This document shows, piece after piece, positions 30,777-41,217 of a stretch of 43,151 nucleotides of DNA. The stretch comes from Deltaproteobacteria bacterium. GTDB taxonomy: Bacteria; JAUYMQ01. Both the position numbers and the translations under genes were made by a program. The stretch covers positions 1 to 43,151 of the forward strand of contig JAUYMQ010000519.1 of NCBI GenBank assembly GCA_030698575.1. The letters are read 5' to 3'. The stretch's first letter is position 1; the number at the start of each line of letters is the position of its first letter. A model generated the notes under the pieces. That model was not told where the DNA came from. It did not search any database and worked only from the letters and a program-made list of their open reading frames with translations.

Positions 30777-32900
30777 TCAATTCACGCTTCTGGCGATTTC
30801 ATACCATGTCGATGATCGGCAAACGAGCGTCAGCGTATCCCCCGCGCTTGTGGTGAAGTTTCCGGCCAGTGACAGGTTGCTGCCATCCGTAACGGTTAGA
30901 ACACCGTCGAAGATCAGGGTCACGATGCGGCCAGAGACGGTTGACGCGGTACTGATCGAAGTGATGCCCGTTGTCCCGGAGATGTAAAAAACATTCCCTG
31001 TCGCGCTGTTGCCGCTCAGGTCCAGGTCTGCGGCGGACGCGACGGTTGCCGCAAGGGGCTTGATACCACCATACCCCACCCTTGCGGCATCACCGCTTCC
31101 GTTACTGACGGCTCTACACGCCACGGTCAGCGCACCCGAACCCATGTTGCTCAGGTCAACCGTATCGACGTTCTCCATCAGTGTGAGCTGGCTGGCTGCG
31201 TTGAACGACAGCGCCATGTTGCTATTGCGGATAATGGACTGGCTTGTGCGCAGACTAAGCGTCACTACGCCAGCCCCTTGGTTGTAAAGGGTGTCAAACT
31301 CCATCCAATCGCTCCGGTTGGTGACGTTCTCCACGCACACGTGCGCGTTGCCGGAAGTGTTGTTTGTCGTGATGTTCTTAATGCTTCCTGCGAACAGTCC
31401 GTTCGTCAGGAAGTAACGCCGTGCAGCCGCAGACACCGCATCGTTGATCTTTACCCCATCTATATGAACGCCGATGGCGTTGGTCAGGCGGAAAAAGGCG
31501 GTTGTCCCTGCGCTGGTCGTCACTTGCGATGCGCGTCCACCCCTTACGAAAATGCCGACAATTTCTGTACCCGTGGCTCCGTCAACTACCAGAAGCTCGT
31601 TCGCATCGTCGAACTCCCCGGAGAGGTTGCGGAAGTTAATGTTCGACACCCCGTCGTTAAGATACACGCCCTTTCCGCCCTGAACGTAGAAGTCGTCAAT
31701 CGAAAGCGTGTTGGAATCCGAAATCTTCATGCCGTATTGGCTCAGGTCGCCGGTAGTCTGCGCGAAAAATAATTTGTTGAATCTAGAATACAGTGCGCCG
31801 TATCCAATGGCGTCGGCATCATCCAGCAGCACACCTCCATAGCAAGTCCCCGAAAACCGGATGCGCTCGATAAATGACGCATTCACTCCCGTGCAGTGAA
31901 TGCCGTAGGAGGTCCCGCCCTGATTGTGAATCACAATGTCGTGGATATTGCTGTTGTGCATCCCGGTCTTGATCGCGCTCCCGCCGAGAGAGTTTTGATC
32001 GAAGCAGATGCCGGATATCTCCACGCCCTCGGTATAGGTGGCAATGGTGACCCCGATAGACGTGCCGCTGAGCTTTTTCAGCACCGTGCCATCAGTCGGC
32101 TCGTTCGTTACGTCCGTAACGCCAGCGCCGATCAGTTTCTGCCCGTAGGTATCCAGCGTGATGCCCCCGGACCATCCGTAGACGCCCTTGGGGAACCAGA
32201 CGTTTTGACCAGTAGCAATTGCCGCAGCAATCGCCGCAGTATCGTCCGTCACCCCATCCCCAACCGCGCCGAAGTCATTGACGCTGACAATCTCCCGCGC
32301 TTTCGCTTGTACCGTCCGCGCAACCGACCCGGTGCCGGATTGGATGAAACCGCTCAGAGCCGAACCGCCGGAGGCCGCAAGGTCAGTGCGCAGGCTGGTG
32401 TCGGTGCCGCTGCCGGCCGATGCCGACGGATTACCATCAGCATCGTACACGAAGTACTTGCTCGCCCGTGCGGCCTTCGTCGGCATCGGGTCGATATCCG
32501 TGACATCCCCGTCGGGCTGGCGCAGAGTCCTGTCCACCCGATTGTCCAGACGCTGCGCGATGAGGGTGAGCCGGTCCAACGGTTCCTCAACCTGAGTTTC
32601 CACCGCGAGTTCATCGCCGTCCACCAGGTCGACCGCTTGCGTGATGTCGGGATCCTGGTAGATCAGCAGCGTCTCGCCCGTAGCCGGCGCCGTGACCATC
32701 GTGACCGTGCCGCCGCCCGCGTCGCCCGCGCCCGTCACCGTGTAGTGCGTGGTGATGGTCTGCACCGTCTCGACTTCATCGGCGTCGACCAGCACGACAA
32801 CTATGTCGCCGTTCGCCAAGAACTTGCTCGAATAGGCGAACGCCGTGGTCGTGCCGTTGCCCGAGTACGTATACCGATTGGTGGTGGTGGAAATGGTCAT
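30777..32900 (-). CDS. Tailspike/tail fibre with a pectate-lyase-superfamily (beta-helix) domain
   Basis: ORF track, 707 aa. The N-terminal adaptor-like region reads TNRYTYSGNGTTTAFAY. VNDFGAVGDGVTDDTAAIAAAI is typical of Pectate_lyase_3 depolymerases. Confidence 0.82.
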   Translation of the reverse strand: MTISTTTNRYTYSGNGTTTAFAYSSKFLANGDIVVVLVDADEVETVQTITTHYTVTGAGDAGGGTVTMVTAPATGETLLIYQDPDITQAVDLVDGDELAVETQVEEPLDRLTLIAQRLDNRVDRTLRQPDGDVTDIDPMPTKAARASKYFVYDADGNPSASAGSGTDTSLRTDLAASGGSALSGFIQSGTGSVARTVQAKAREIVSVNDFGAVGDGVTDDTAAIAAAIATGQNVWFPKGVYGWSGGITLDTYGQKLIGAGVTDVTNEPTDGTVLKKLSGTSIGVTIATYTEGVEISGICFDQNSLGGSAIKTGMHNSNIHDIVIHNQGGTSYGIHCTGVNASFIERIRFSGTCYGGVLLDDADAIGYGALYSRFNKLFFAQTTGDLSQYGMKISDSNTLSIDDFYVQGGKGVYLNDGVSNINFRNLSGEFDDANELLVVDGATGTEIVGIFVRGGRASQVTTSAGTTAFFRLTNAIGVHIDGVKINDAVSAAARRYFLTNGLFAGSIKNITTNNTSGNAHVCVENVTNRSDWMEFDTLYNQGAGVVTLSLRTSQSIIRNSNMALSFNAASQLTLMENVDTVDLSNMGSGALTVACRAVSNGSGDAARVGYGGIKPLAATVASAADLDLSGNSATGNVFYISGTTGITSISTASTVSGRIVTLIFDGVLTVTDGSNLSLAGNFTTSAGDTLTLVCRSSTWYEIARSVN

Positions 32901-32938
32901 AGATCACCCATTATCTCAATATGATGCGGTTTTAGCAA

Positions 32939-35900
32939 TCAGGGAGCGGACGAACGCAGCATTTCCTTGCCGGCCTTCGCCAACTCGATCATCTGAAAAT
33001 ACAATGTATCAATGAGTTGCCGCTGCTCTTCCGCGGGAATATCCGGGTTTTTATTGACCAACCGGATCGACTGACTGATGACCCCCAGCGAGTCCACGAT
33101 ATCGTCAAGTTGGACAAACAAATCGGGGTCAATCTTCTGAATGCGGTCCAGCGCGTCCATGTCCCCTTTTTCGGCGGCGTGCATGTATGTGTCGAACACC
33201 TTTTTGCGCGCCGTGTAGTCGTCGTAGAAGGTCTGGATCGACGCTGCTGTTGCGGACGGATAACGCACCACGAACGCCTTTACCACTGGAATGTCGGCCA
33301 GCGTCGCCAGTGGCTTCACCGGGTCCGGCAGCACCCCTGTCTCGCGCAGCCCCTTGTCCAAAAGCTGAACGACGTAGCTGCCCAAGCCCCCGGTCCATCC
33401 GCGAATATAGTTATCGAGCAAAGCCGGCGACGTGATGGCCCGCGCCACACCCCCGGTAATCATCGCCTCTTCGTCCAGGGACCGCGGGACCACGCCGGGA
33501 ATTCGCCCGATCAGGCCCCCAACGGCCTTCGTGAGTTCGGTCGTGTAGTCGTTGTACTGATACTCGCCCAGCAGCCGCTCCTTGCTGTAGGGGATGATCG
33601 GGTTGCCGGTGAACATGCTGCGGTTGGCGAACTGGTCGATGATCGGCGAAATGAACGTCGGCACGAACGACAAGCCGAACACCTGCTCAAATGCGTCGTC
33701 CATCCGGCGCAGCGCGTCGGGGTTGTCCGTGAAAAACGATTCCAGCAGCCGCTCGGGTATGGTCCCAAACAGGACGCCGATCTCAAACGGCTTCGGGACT
33801 CGGTATACGGTGTCATCCGTCATCACGATCCAAAACAGGTCTTTCTGCCACTGCGGAATCTCGCGCCAACGCGGATCTTCGTGGTTGGCCCACCACAGCA
33901 GCACCGACGGCAACGTGATGGACGCAACCGCTTTCCCCGTAAAGTTCAGGGGATTGTCCTTGGCGGCTCGCGCGGTGCGGTCAATCCCCTCAACCCGCGC
34001 ATTCCAGAAGGCGACCAACATGTTCACCGCGCGCGTCTGCGCGCCGATGCGCGCAAAGTCCAGTGTGACTTCCCGCGACTCGAATCCCGCGGCCAGGATA
34101 TCCACCTTGGCTGCGCCCTTGCCGCCGCCCGCTCTCTTGAATTCCCCGACCCGCGTGGCGTTCTCGAACAACTCCGATGCGATGCGCAGCACCTCGATCG
34201 GGGACTTGGCTACGTTCCATCCACGCTCGAACAGTCCGGCGCTTTTGTAGGCGTCCAGACTGAACAGCCGCTCCTGCAGGTAGGCTCGGTCCATCGAAAC
34301 GAGCGTCGCGTTTGCCCCACCCGACTTTAGCCAGTTCTGGTAGGTTTCACCCGATTTGGCGATTTCAGTGACACCGCGAATCGCGTCCAGCACAGGCACG
34401 TACCCGTTCTTGGAGAATATGAACGCCGACAGTTGGTCGCGCGCTACGTTCCGCAGCATGAAGTCGGGCGTCAGCACGGCACCCGCCCGTAGCGTGCGTG
34501 CCGGCGTCGCGAGAATACGCGCCCATATCGGGGCGCTTTCCCGGTCCAAAGCCTTCATAGCCTCGGCCGCCTCAAACGGGACTTCGTAGACTTCCCGCTT
34601 GCCGTCTCGAAACACGGCGATCTGATTGTCCTTGGGGTTGAACGCATTCGCCCGGAACACAGTAAAGGATTCCGCCTGCGCCTCCGTGACCCCGTACTCT
34701 TTCAGAAGCGCCACCACTTCCTTGTCCGTGAGCTCGATCGGTTTGACAGGCGTCTTGACCCGCTGCACCAGGGCTTCGCCTTTCGGGGATTGCTCGGCCA
34801 ATTTAACAAGCGCCAACCCGGCCGCATTGCGTTCCGCGAGTGTCGAGTAGAGATAGGTGTTCTTTATGATGGACTCGATCGGGTCGACAATCGTTCGTTC
34901 CGATCCCCGGATCCCCTTGATGGGGTTGCGCACGGTCATCCCCGCACCGGCGCCCGCCTTGGACTCTCCCGGCTCCATGACCCGGAAGAGCGGCACGTAG
35001 TCCTTGTTCGCTTCCTTGATGACTTCGAAGGCGTCCCGCGACAGCACCCCGGAGTCGCGCAGGAATGTGAGCAGCGAGTCCTGATAGTCCTGCAGTTCCT
35101 TGAACACCGACTCGTACTTTTTACCGGCCTTCACCGTCTCGGCCGCCTCTTTCAGCGGCACGCCAGTTTCGATACCTCGTTTTTGCAATTCCAGCGCGCG
35201 GCGGCTGACTGCATAGGCCCGCATGCCATCGAGATCACTCTTCACAGGGTCAAGCACCTGGCGCAGCCCCTTGCCCACTGTCTTGTAGTCGCCGAATCGG
35301 TACGCCCCGTATTCAAGAAACTGGTCGGCGCGGCCGAACATCCCTCGGGTCAGCCGTGCCAGTTTGTACGGATCCTCAATCGCGGGCAGCTTCTTTCCTT
35401 CGGCCAGTTCATCTACCAACCGGCGGATCGGAAACAGATCGTCCTTGACCTGTGTGTAGAAACGGTCCAGTGTGTAGGCTCGCTCCTTTGGCTGTCCGAC
35501 GCTGATTCGGTCCAACACCGCCTGCTGCGCGGCGACAGGCTCGGCATCCGGCTTCGCTTCCGGCTCCGCGCGCGGGGGCGGCTTCGGCTCCCCGGCGTAC
35601 GCGCGCGGCACCTCGATGTTCTTGGATGCCAAGTCCTGTGAGACGGAAGGCTTTGCCTCTGCGTCCACGACAACCTGCTCCGGTTTCACTCCGAAGCGTT
35701 TGTACCCCTCGCGCAGCTTCGCCGCCCCCTTAACTGCACCCTTCGCGCCGACCAGGATCACGGCAGCGTCCACAAAATCAGTTGCCTTCGGAACTTCCCC
35801 TTCAAGCGCGCTGCCCACCGTAACAAGGGTTGTGACTTCGCTGCCCAACACCGCAGCGCCTCGCACCACGGAAGGCAACGGCTTCGCCAGCTGCGCGACC

Positions 35901-36547
35901 TTGCCCCCGACCGCTCCCGTTGCGGCACCCGTGATCCACGCCTTGCTAGTATCCCACAGGACGCCAGCAGTGCGCTCCCAAAAATCCCCAAAGCTGGTGA
36001 ACTCCCCCTTTTCGTAGGCGTCCATCAGCGTCGCACGCAATCCGGCGGGCAGCGCAAACGCGCCCCCCACGGCTGTTGCCAAAGCCAGCGGACCTCCGGG
36101 TGCGCCGCCCGCACCGCCCAGCAGCGCACCCACGACCATCGCGGGTGCGTCCCCTGCCAATGTACTCGCGTTCGACGTAATCCGCTGCGCCATGCCCGCA
36201 TCCTCGGGCATCACAACGTCGGGAGCCTCGCCCCGAGCGACCAGACCGGAAACTGAAATCTGTAGCCCCGCCTCGATCGCGTCCAACATCGTGCGCGCGG
36301 TGCGCGGGCCGTCGGTCTGCTTTGCGTCCTCGGCCGCCAGATTCTCCCGAATGAGTTGCCGCACCGGCTCCATGTTCGGCTCCGGCTGCCCGAACCACAC
36401 GTTTATATCGGCGTCGGCAAACCCGGCGGCCTGCATCTTGGCACGCTCGGATTGCTGCCACTGACCGACTTCCTCTTGCGTGAACCCGGCATCCAACATT
36501 GTGCGCGTTTCAGTGAGCCCGCTCACAGGCCGGTCCTTTTCTTCCAC
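32939..36547 (-). CDS. Large virion/internal (ejection-type) protein, 1202 aa
   Basis: ORF track. Position between the smaller internal proteins and the tailspike. It has a Gly/Ala hydrophobic segment near residue 130-240. I recognised no catalytic motif. The start is uncertain (GTG 36547 or ATG 36499). Confidence 0.7.
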   Translation of the reverse strand: MEEKDRPVSGLTETRTMLDAGFTQEEVGQWQQSERAKMQAAGFADADINVWFGQPEPNMEPVRQLIRENLAAEDAKQTDGPRTARTMLDAIEAGLQISVSGLVARGEAPDVVMPEDAGMAQRITSNASTLAGDAPAMVVGALLGGAGGAPGGPLALATAVGGAFALPAGLRATLMDAYEKGEFTSFGDFWERTAGVLWDTSKAWITGAATGAVGGKVAQLAKPLPSVVRGAAVLGSEVTTLVTVGSALEGEVPKATDFVDAAVILVGAKGAVKGAAKLREGYKRFGVKPEQVVVDAEAKPSVSQDLASKNIEVPRAYAGEPKPPPRAEPEAKPDAEPVAAQQAVLDRISVGQPKERAYTLDRFYTQVKDDLFPIRRLVDELAEGKKLPAIEDPYKLARLTRGMFGRADQFLEYGAYRFGDYKTVGKGLRQVLDPVKSDLDGMRAYAVSRRALELQKRGIETGVPLKEAAETVKAGKKYESVFKELQDYQDSLLTFLRDSGVLSRDAFEVIKEANKDYVPLFRVMEPGESKAGAGAGMTVRNPIKGIRGSERTIVDPIESIIKNTYLYSTLAERNAAGLALVKLAEQSPKGEALVQRVKTPVKPIELTDKEVVALLKEYGVTEAQAESFTVFRANAFNPKDNQIAVFRDGKREVYEVPFEAAEAMKALDRESAPIWARILATPARTLRAGAVLTPDFMLRNVARDQLSAFIFSKNGYVPVLDAIRGVTEIAKSGETYQNWLKSGGANATLVSMDRAYLQERLFSLDAYKSAGLFERGWNVAKSPIEVLRIASELFENATRVGEFKRAGGGKGAAKVDILAAGFESREVTLDFARIGAQTRAVNMLVAFWNARVEGIDRTARAAKDNPLNFTGKAVASITLPSVLLWWANHEDPRWREIPQWQKDLFWIVMTDDTVYRVPKPFEIGVLFGTIPERLLESFFTDNPDALRRMDDAFEQVFGLSFVPTFISPIIDQFANRSMFTGNPIIPYSKERLLGEYQYNDYTTELTKAVGGLIGRIPGVVPRSLDEEAMITGGVARAITSPALLDNYIRGWTGGLGSYVVQLLDKGLRETGVLPDPVKPLATLADIPVVKAFVVRYPSATAASIQTFYDDYTARKKVFDTYMHAAEKGDMDALDRIQKIDPDLFVQLDDIVDSLGVISQSIRLVNKNPDIPAEEQRQLIDTLYFQMIELAKAGKEMLRSSAP

Positions 36548-38010
36548 TCGGCGATCGACTCATCTGGCTTGCGCCGCTTGTCCTCGGCAAGAGGCTTCGC
36601 CCCGCCTGTTATGCGGCGCCGCGCCGTGGCCAACGAGTCCTGCATCGACGTGTAGTAGGCCGGAACATAATTGCCGATGAAGGCCGGGCTCTTCGGCCGG
36701 TAGAGGTCGTGGGGGTCGTCTCCCGCTTGCCGCATTTTTTCCTCTTGGTCCCGCGCGAACACCTGAAACTCGGCGAACTTGGCGGCCCCCGTCGGGTCGA
36801 GTTTGCCCATAAGGGGGTTGCTCTTGTCGATCTGCGGCTTGAATCCGTCCAGTATGATCTTGCGCCGCTCGACCAATTTGCTCCCGGCGTCCGTCCGCGC
36901 GTCCGTGAATTCTTTGCGCAGCCGATTCATGTCCTCGAAAGAAACCTGCCCCTTTTTCCCGTACAAATCCTCGATTTGCGAAATCGTCGTGATCTTACCA
37001 GATCGAATAGCCTCGAACGCGCCAGTCATCACACTCGGCACCGTTTTGATCGGTTTGTCCAGTTGCTCTTTCGCCCGGGTCTCCATCAACCGCAAAAAAT
37101 GCTCTTGGCGTTCCGCCGGCAAACCCGACTTCAACACGTCATTCACCCGCAACGGATTTCCGTCGGGGTTAAACATACGCGCGACAAACTGCGACGCGAC
37201 GGCATCCTGCTTCTCTTTCTCCGCGGCTTTCAATTCCGCCACGATTCGCCGCGCCTCGACATCCTTACCCCGAATCCCCACGGCGGCCTTGTCGATCAAC
37301 TCGGCTTTCTTGTCCGCGTCGAGATACTGGTCCCACTGCCCGCCGTCCAGTTGCCGCCTCGCCAGTTCCGGGGCGCCGTTCTGGATCAGGCCGCGCACCG
37401 CCGACATGGCCAATTCCTGCTGCGTCTGAATCGTCAGCTTCTCTCGGTCAGCGACGGGCATCTTGGCGTACACGCCCGCCGGGTCGTTCAAATCCCCGAT
37501 GGCGGCCACCAGCAACGCCTGAAACTGCGTTGGATCACTTAGCAACTCGGCGCGGCGCGCGTCCAGTGACACCAGATAGTCCTGCGACGCCTTCGCGCCC
37601 ATAGACTGCGCCTGATACACGCCCGCCTTCTCGACGAAGTGGGCCGCAAGCCCCGCTGCCCCCTTACGAAACGCGTTCTGCCCGGCACGTGTTTGCGCCT
37701 GCCCTTCAAGCTGCTGCAGGTAGGTGTTGAAATCCTCGTTGAACTTGCCCGCGAATGTCGCGTCCCCCGGAGAAGTCGCCTGCGCCCGCTCGACCAAATG
37801 CACGGTCCACTCAGCGCGGGCTTTCGCCAATTTCGCCTGAATATCAGATACTTCTTGCCGCTCTGCGGTGTCCTGCAGGAGGTCCGACACGCCGCCAATC
37901 GCCCGCCCGAGCTCCGGCCCAAGCGCAAACGAATCCCCCGGCGCCGCGCGGCGGCCCTGAATCGCGCCTTGCGCTCCGATCTGCTGCGTATATTCTCTAA
38001 CTCGTGGCAT
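36523..38010 (-). CDS. Internal virion protein (495 aa, helical)
   Basis: ORF track. Assignment rests on gene order only. Confidence 0.65.
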   Translation of the reverse strand: MPRVREYTQQIGAQGAIQGRRAAPGDSFALGPELGRAIGGVSDLLQDTAERQEVSDIQAKLAKARAEWTVHLVERAQATSPGDATFAGKFNEDFNTYLQQLEGQAQTRAGQNAFRKGAAGLAAHFVEKAGVYQAQSMGAKASQDYLVSLDARRAELLSDPTQFQALLVAAIGDLNDPAGVYAKMPVADREKLTIQTQQELAMSAVRGLIQNGAPELARRQLDGGQWDQYLDADKKAELIDKAAVGIRGKDVEARRIVAELKAAEKEKQDAVASQFVARMFNPDGNPLRVNDVLKSGLPAERQEHFLRLMETRAKEQLDKPIKTVPSVMTGAFEAIRSGKITTISQIEDLYGKKGQVSFEDMNRLRKEFTDARTDAGSKLVERRKIILDGFKPQIDKSNPLMGKLDPTGAAKFAEFQVFARDQEEKMRQAGDDPHDLYRPKSPAFIGNYVPAYYTSMQDSLATARRRITGGAKPLAEDKRRKPDESIAEWKKRTGL

Positions 38011-38015
38011 ATCCG

Positions 38016-38573
38016 TTACACCCCGTCAAACGAGTAGTCGGACGCGCCGTAGTCGCCCAACTGATACCCGGTCTGCGCCGTCTTGGCCGGCTGGCTGCCA
38101 TAATACTTCCCGGCCCCCATCAAGATCGCGCTGCCCGCCTGCATATACCCTTGACGAGTTGCAGCTTTTCCGCGTGCCCGGTCGAGCGCCGCCGTTTCCT
38201 GATAGCCCATCGCCCGAAGCTCGCCCTTGTAGAGAATGTTCTGGCGGTCAAGCTCGGCTGCCGCGGCGCTCGATTCCAGCACGTCAAGGGGCGACCCCTC
38301 GACCGTGATGCCGGATGCGCCGTAGGCCGCGCGTGCCGCGCCGATCGCGCGCAGGGTACCCCGCTTCTGCGCGTCGGCATCCCGCGCCGCCTGCTCGCGC
38401 GCAATCCCGGCATCGCGCTCGGCGATCCCGGCGTTATACTCGCTGGCTTTCCGGGCGCTCGACGCCTGACTAATCGCACTTATGACGGTAAGAGCAGTCC
38501 CGGCCAGCAGCACACCCCCCGCAACAGCCGAGCCGCCACCTACCGCGGCAAGAAAAGGAGCAGCAAAGGCCAT
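38016..38573 (-). CDS. Internal virion protein with an N-terminal hydrophobic segment (185 aa)
   Basis: Track ORF 38016..38606, taking the ATG at 38573 (AGGGGG SD 6 nt upstream). It starts MAFAAPFLAAVGGGSAVAGGVLLAGTALTVI. Confidence 0.6.
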   Translation of the reverse strand: MAFAAPFLAAVGGGSAVAGGVLLAGTALTVISAISQASSARKASEYNAGIAERDAGIAREQAARDADAQKRGTLRAIGAARAAYGASGITVEGSPLDVLESSAAAAELDRQNILYKGELRAMGYQETAALDRARGKAATRQGYMQAGSAILMGAGKYYGSQPAKTAQTGYQLGDYGASDYSFDGV

Positions 38574-38575
38574 AA

Positions 38576-39007
38576 CTACCCCCTGATCCTCACGTAGCCG
38601 ACACAATCCGTGCCGTCTACCTGAAAGCGTCGCTGCAGCGGTGCCTCCACTTCAAAACCCAGCATCTTCATCCACCTGTGCCCCTGCTCGAATCCAACAT
38701 CCACCGACGCCTCGAGCCGCCTGATCGGTAGTGCGTCCAGAAACCGCATTGCTTCGCGGTGAACTACCGCCATGTTCCGCCGGCCCACCCGGCTGCTCAG
38801 AAACGACCAAACCAGCGCCCGGTCCTTCCAGTAGAGCAATGCCCCGGCGCATATCAGCGGTTTTCCGTCATCCATCAGCGTAACCGCATATGGCCCCTCC
38901 AAACTCTTCAAGTCGGCGGCCGCCACCAACTGCCGCATACGCTCCTGCGCGGGCTGAATTTCCATTTGCCCGTAGTGCTCTGCTTCGAAAGGCACCACGT
39001 AAAACAC
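38576..39007 (-). CDS. GNAT-fold-like (acetyltransferase-like) protein in the tail/ejection block
   Basis: Track ORF 38576..39115, taking the GTG at 39007, which overlaps the upstream TAG. The C-terminal RRLEASVDVGFEQGHRWMKMLGFE resembles the GNAT beta-alpha tail. The assignment is tentative. Confidence 0.45.
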   Translation of the reverse strand: MFYVVPFEAEHYGQMEIQPAQERMRQLVAAADLKSLEGPYAVTLMDDGKPLICAGALLYWKDRALVWSFLSSRVGRRNMAVVHREAMRFLDALPIRRLEASVDVGFEQGHRWMKMLGFEVEAPLQRRFQVDGTDCVGYVRIRG

Positions 39008-41214
39008 TATCGATCCTGTGTATGCATCTGCGGCATCACCGCGACAATCGTGCCCGGACCCCCGGTATCCATGCGCCAGCAAACATAGTTTTCTGTCGTG
39101 TAATCCCCGTTCCACGCCACTTCGCGGTCCCCGGTGAACAGCGGCACCGCCGTCCCCGTCGCGTCATCAGTTTGCCGAAACGTCAAGTTGGTGAGTTTTC
39201 CGCTACCCGTAGTGTTGAAATTGGCCCCCACCTTGATACCCGCCATGTCCATGAACCGGAAAATAATCCGGTGCGACCGCTGCAGCTTGCCCTGCGCCGT
39301 GCCGTCCGCCGCCCCGGCTTCGGGCCGCAGCATCTTCCCGTCTGAATTATACCCGTATCCGACGTGTACCACCGACGCCGAACGGGCCAACGTGATGACG
39401 CCCCCGGCGGAAACCACCGCGTCCGGCTGGCTCGCACCGTCGGCCCATATTTTGACTGTCTCGCCGGCCAGGTGATCCGCGCCGGTCAGCGAGGTCGTGG
39501 TCACACCGTCGTAAGTCAGAGCGCCATCCCAGTGAACGGCATCCTCTGCCTCGTCCCCTTGGTCCCAGGCTTTCGTCATGTATTCAACATACCGTTTGCT
39601 GCCCCCGTTGATGTAGCGCCGCACAACCAGCCACACCTCGTCGCGCACCCCATCCGAAGCAGGAATTACGGCGACCGACTCCACGACCGGATCCGCAGTC
39701 TGGGCCGCGTCGGAGTAGCCGCCGATAATGTGCCGGTGCCACCCGATCACCTTCTGGTCGCGCTCGTAGGTGAAGGCCGCCAGCACGCCGTCGTTGCGCA
39801 CGCACCACAGAATTGAATGGGGATCCTGCTGATACGCCATTTCCTTGATGCCGCCCTGCGTGACGTGCTCGGCAAGCAGCGTCATGTCCGGCGACCGAAA
39901 ACCGTCCAATTCGTACACGTAGGCGAGCTCGCGCAATTTCCGGCCCGACCGCTGCACAAAGAGCGTCGCCTTACCCGCCTTGACCGGGGACACCGCCGCA
40001 CTGCCGTGGAATGTAGATTCCTTGGCCGCGACATTGGTGGGCGACAACGCTTCGCTCTGCGTGCTCGGGCGCACGATCCACTCCGAACTCGACGTGCCAA
40101 CCATCAGGCCCTTCTCGTCGTTCGTCATCCAACGGATGTACTGCACGTCGTTCGAGTTCAGCGTGATCGACACGGCATTGTCGTCCGTCACTGTGCCGTC
40201 GGCCGCTGTCGGAGCCATGTTTTCGTAGTCACCCGTTTTCGACATATCGATGCGCTGCGGGTAATCACGCGTGCCGCCCCAGCACAGCCGGTCCTCGTAG
40301 AACACCACGGTACTCGGATACCCGGTCGTGTCCGACCAGAGGCCGAGCCGCCAGTTGGCCGTCGCCGTAGTCGCGGACGCATCCGGCCCGGAGATTGTCG
40401 CCGTCACGACCGTCGTGCTGGTGTAACCCGTGATGGTCAACCATGTCCAGTTGTTGGCTCCGTCTTTCCAGCGGATGAGCCGCCCGATATCCGTCAACAG
40501 AAAGCCGTCCCCGCCGTTGATCCCGACGGTTGACGACGCCGTAACCGACACCGATCCGGTCGTGCCCCCGAGCGTCAGCGTCGTGTCCTCGGCGTTGACC
40601 GGCAGGTACGGGCCGTCGAGAAACGACAGCGTGTCCAGCGTCCACGTGTGCGTATTCACCACCTGCACTTCGCCGTTGACCGTCAGCGAGCCGCCGGGAG
40701 CGATAGTCAGCGAATCGTACGCGACCTCGATCTCCCCGATGGCGACGGTGACCGCCGAGCTGATCGTGCTGGCCAGCGTCGCCACTTTGTGGCGGGATAA
40801 TTTTCGGTTGGTGTAATCCTTGTGCGCGATATAGAGCACGTCGGCCGACTGGACATGGTTCAGTTCGAAAATGTCGGCCTCGAGGTAGGGCGTCGATATC
40901 TCGTACGCCGCACCGCCCTGCGTGATCTGGGTGTTGTTGGTGAAGAACCGGGTGTACAGATCCCCGAATTCCAGCACGTAGGCTTGCGCGATGGAAAACT
41001 CGAAGCGCACCAAACGGGTCGCCTTGGCGGAATCTTTCACTTCCGCGGCGAAGTAGGTGCCCGGGCGCCGGATGATCGGCCCCTGCACCGTTGGAATCAG
41101 GTTCAGGCAAGTAGCGAGCGCAGTCCGGTAGGCGTCAAGGTCCACCCGCCCGTACATCAAGGGCGACCACTCGCCCGAGTTGAAACTGGTCTGAATGGGA
41201 CTTACTTTGGGCAC
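39007..41214 (-). CDS. Tail tubular protein B-like (nozzle)
   Basis: ORF track, 735 aa. It directly follows the A-like gene. The N-terminal SPIQTSFNSGEWSPLMYGRVDL..RRPGT pattern recurs in podovirus tail proteins, as far as I recall. Confidence 0.65.
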   Translation of the reverse strand: MPKVSPIQTSFNSGEWSPLMYGRVDLDAYRTALATCLNLIPTVQGPIIRRPGTYFAAEVKDSAKATRLVRFEFSIAQAYVLEFGDLYTRFFTNNTQITQGGAAYEISTPYLEADIFELNHVQSADVLYIAHKDYTNRKLSRHKVATLASTISSAVTVAIGEIEVAYDSLTIAPGGSLTVNGEVQVVNTHTWTLDTLSFLDGPYLPVNAEDTTLTLGGTTGSVSVTASSTVGINGGDGFLLTDIGRLIRWKDGANNWTWLTITGYTSTTVVTATISGPDASATTATANWRLGLWSDTTGYPSTVVFYEDRLCWGGTRDYPQRIDMSKTGDYENMAPTAADGTVTDDNAVSITLNSNDVQYIRWMTNDEKGLMVGTSSSEWIVRPSTQSEALSPTNVAAKESTFHGSAAVSPVKAGKATLFVQRSGRKLRELAYVYELDGFRSPDMTLLAEHVTQGGIKEMAYQQDPHSILWCVRNDGVLAAFTYERDQKVIGWHRHIIGGYSDAAQTADPVVESVAVIPASDGVRDEVWLVVRRYINGGSKRYVEYMTKAWDQGDEAEDAVHWDGALTYDGVTTTSLTGADHLAGETVKIWADGASQPDAVVSAGGVITLARSASVVHVGYGYNSDGKMLRPEAGAADGTAQGKLQRSHRIIFRFMDMAGIKVGANFNTTGSGKLTNLTFRQTDDATGTAVPLFTGDREVAWNGDYTTENYVCWRMDTGGPGTIVAVMPQMHTQDR

Positions 41215-41217
41215 GGG

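Noticed and set aside
30777-32900. Search for a diversity-generating retroelement (template/variable repeat plus reverse transcriptase) near the receptor-binding gene, as in BPP-1-type phages
   Set aside because: No ORF in any frame showed reverse-transcriptase motifs (YxDD context). I saw no second copy of the tailspike 3-prime end elsewhere in the window.
33017-34330. 437-aa plus-strand ORF inside the 1202-aa virion protein gene
   Set aside because: Antisense shadow. It has no start context, Arg-rich composition, and would break the coupled late operon.
40265-41110. 281-aa same-strand alternative frame inside the tail tubular B-like gene, examined as a control for the methyltransferase dual-frame observation
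   Set aside because: Its translation is R/G/H/D-rich with no recognisable motifs. It shows that long same-strand open frames do arise here by chance. The methyltransferase case therefore rests on motif content and GC3, not on ORF length.
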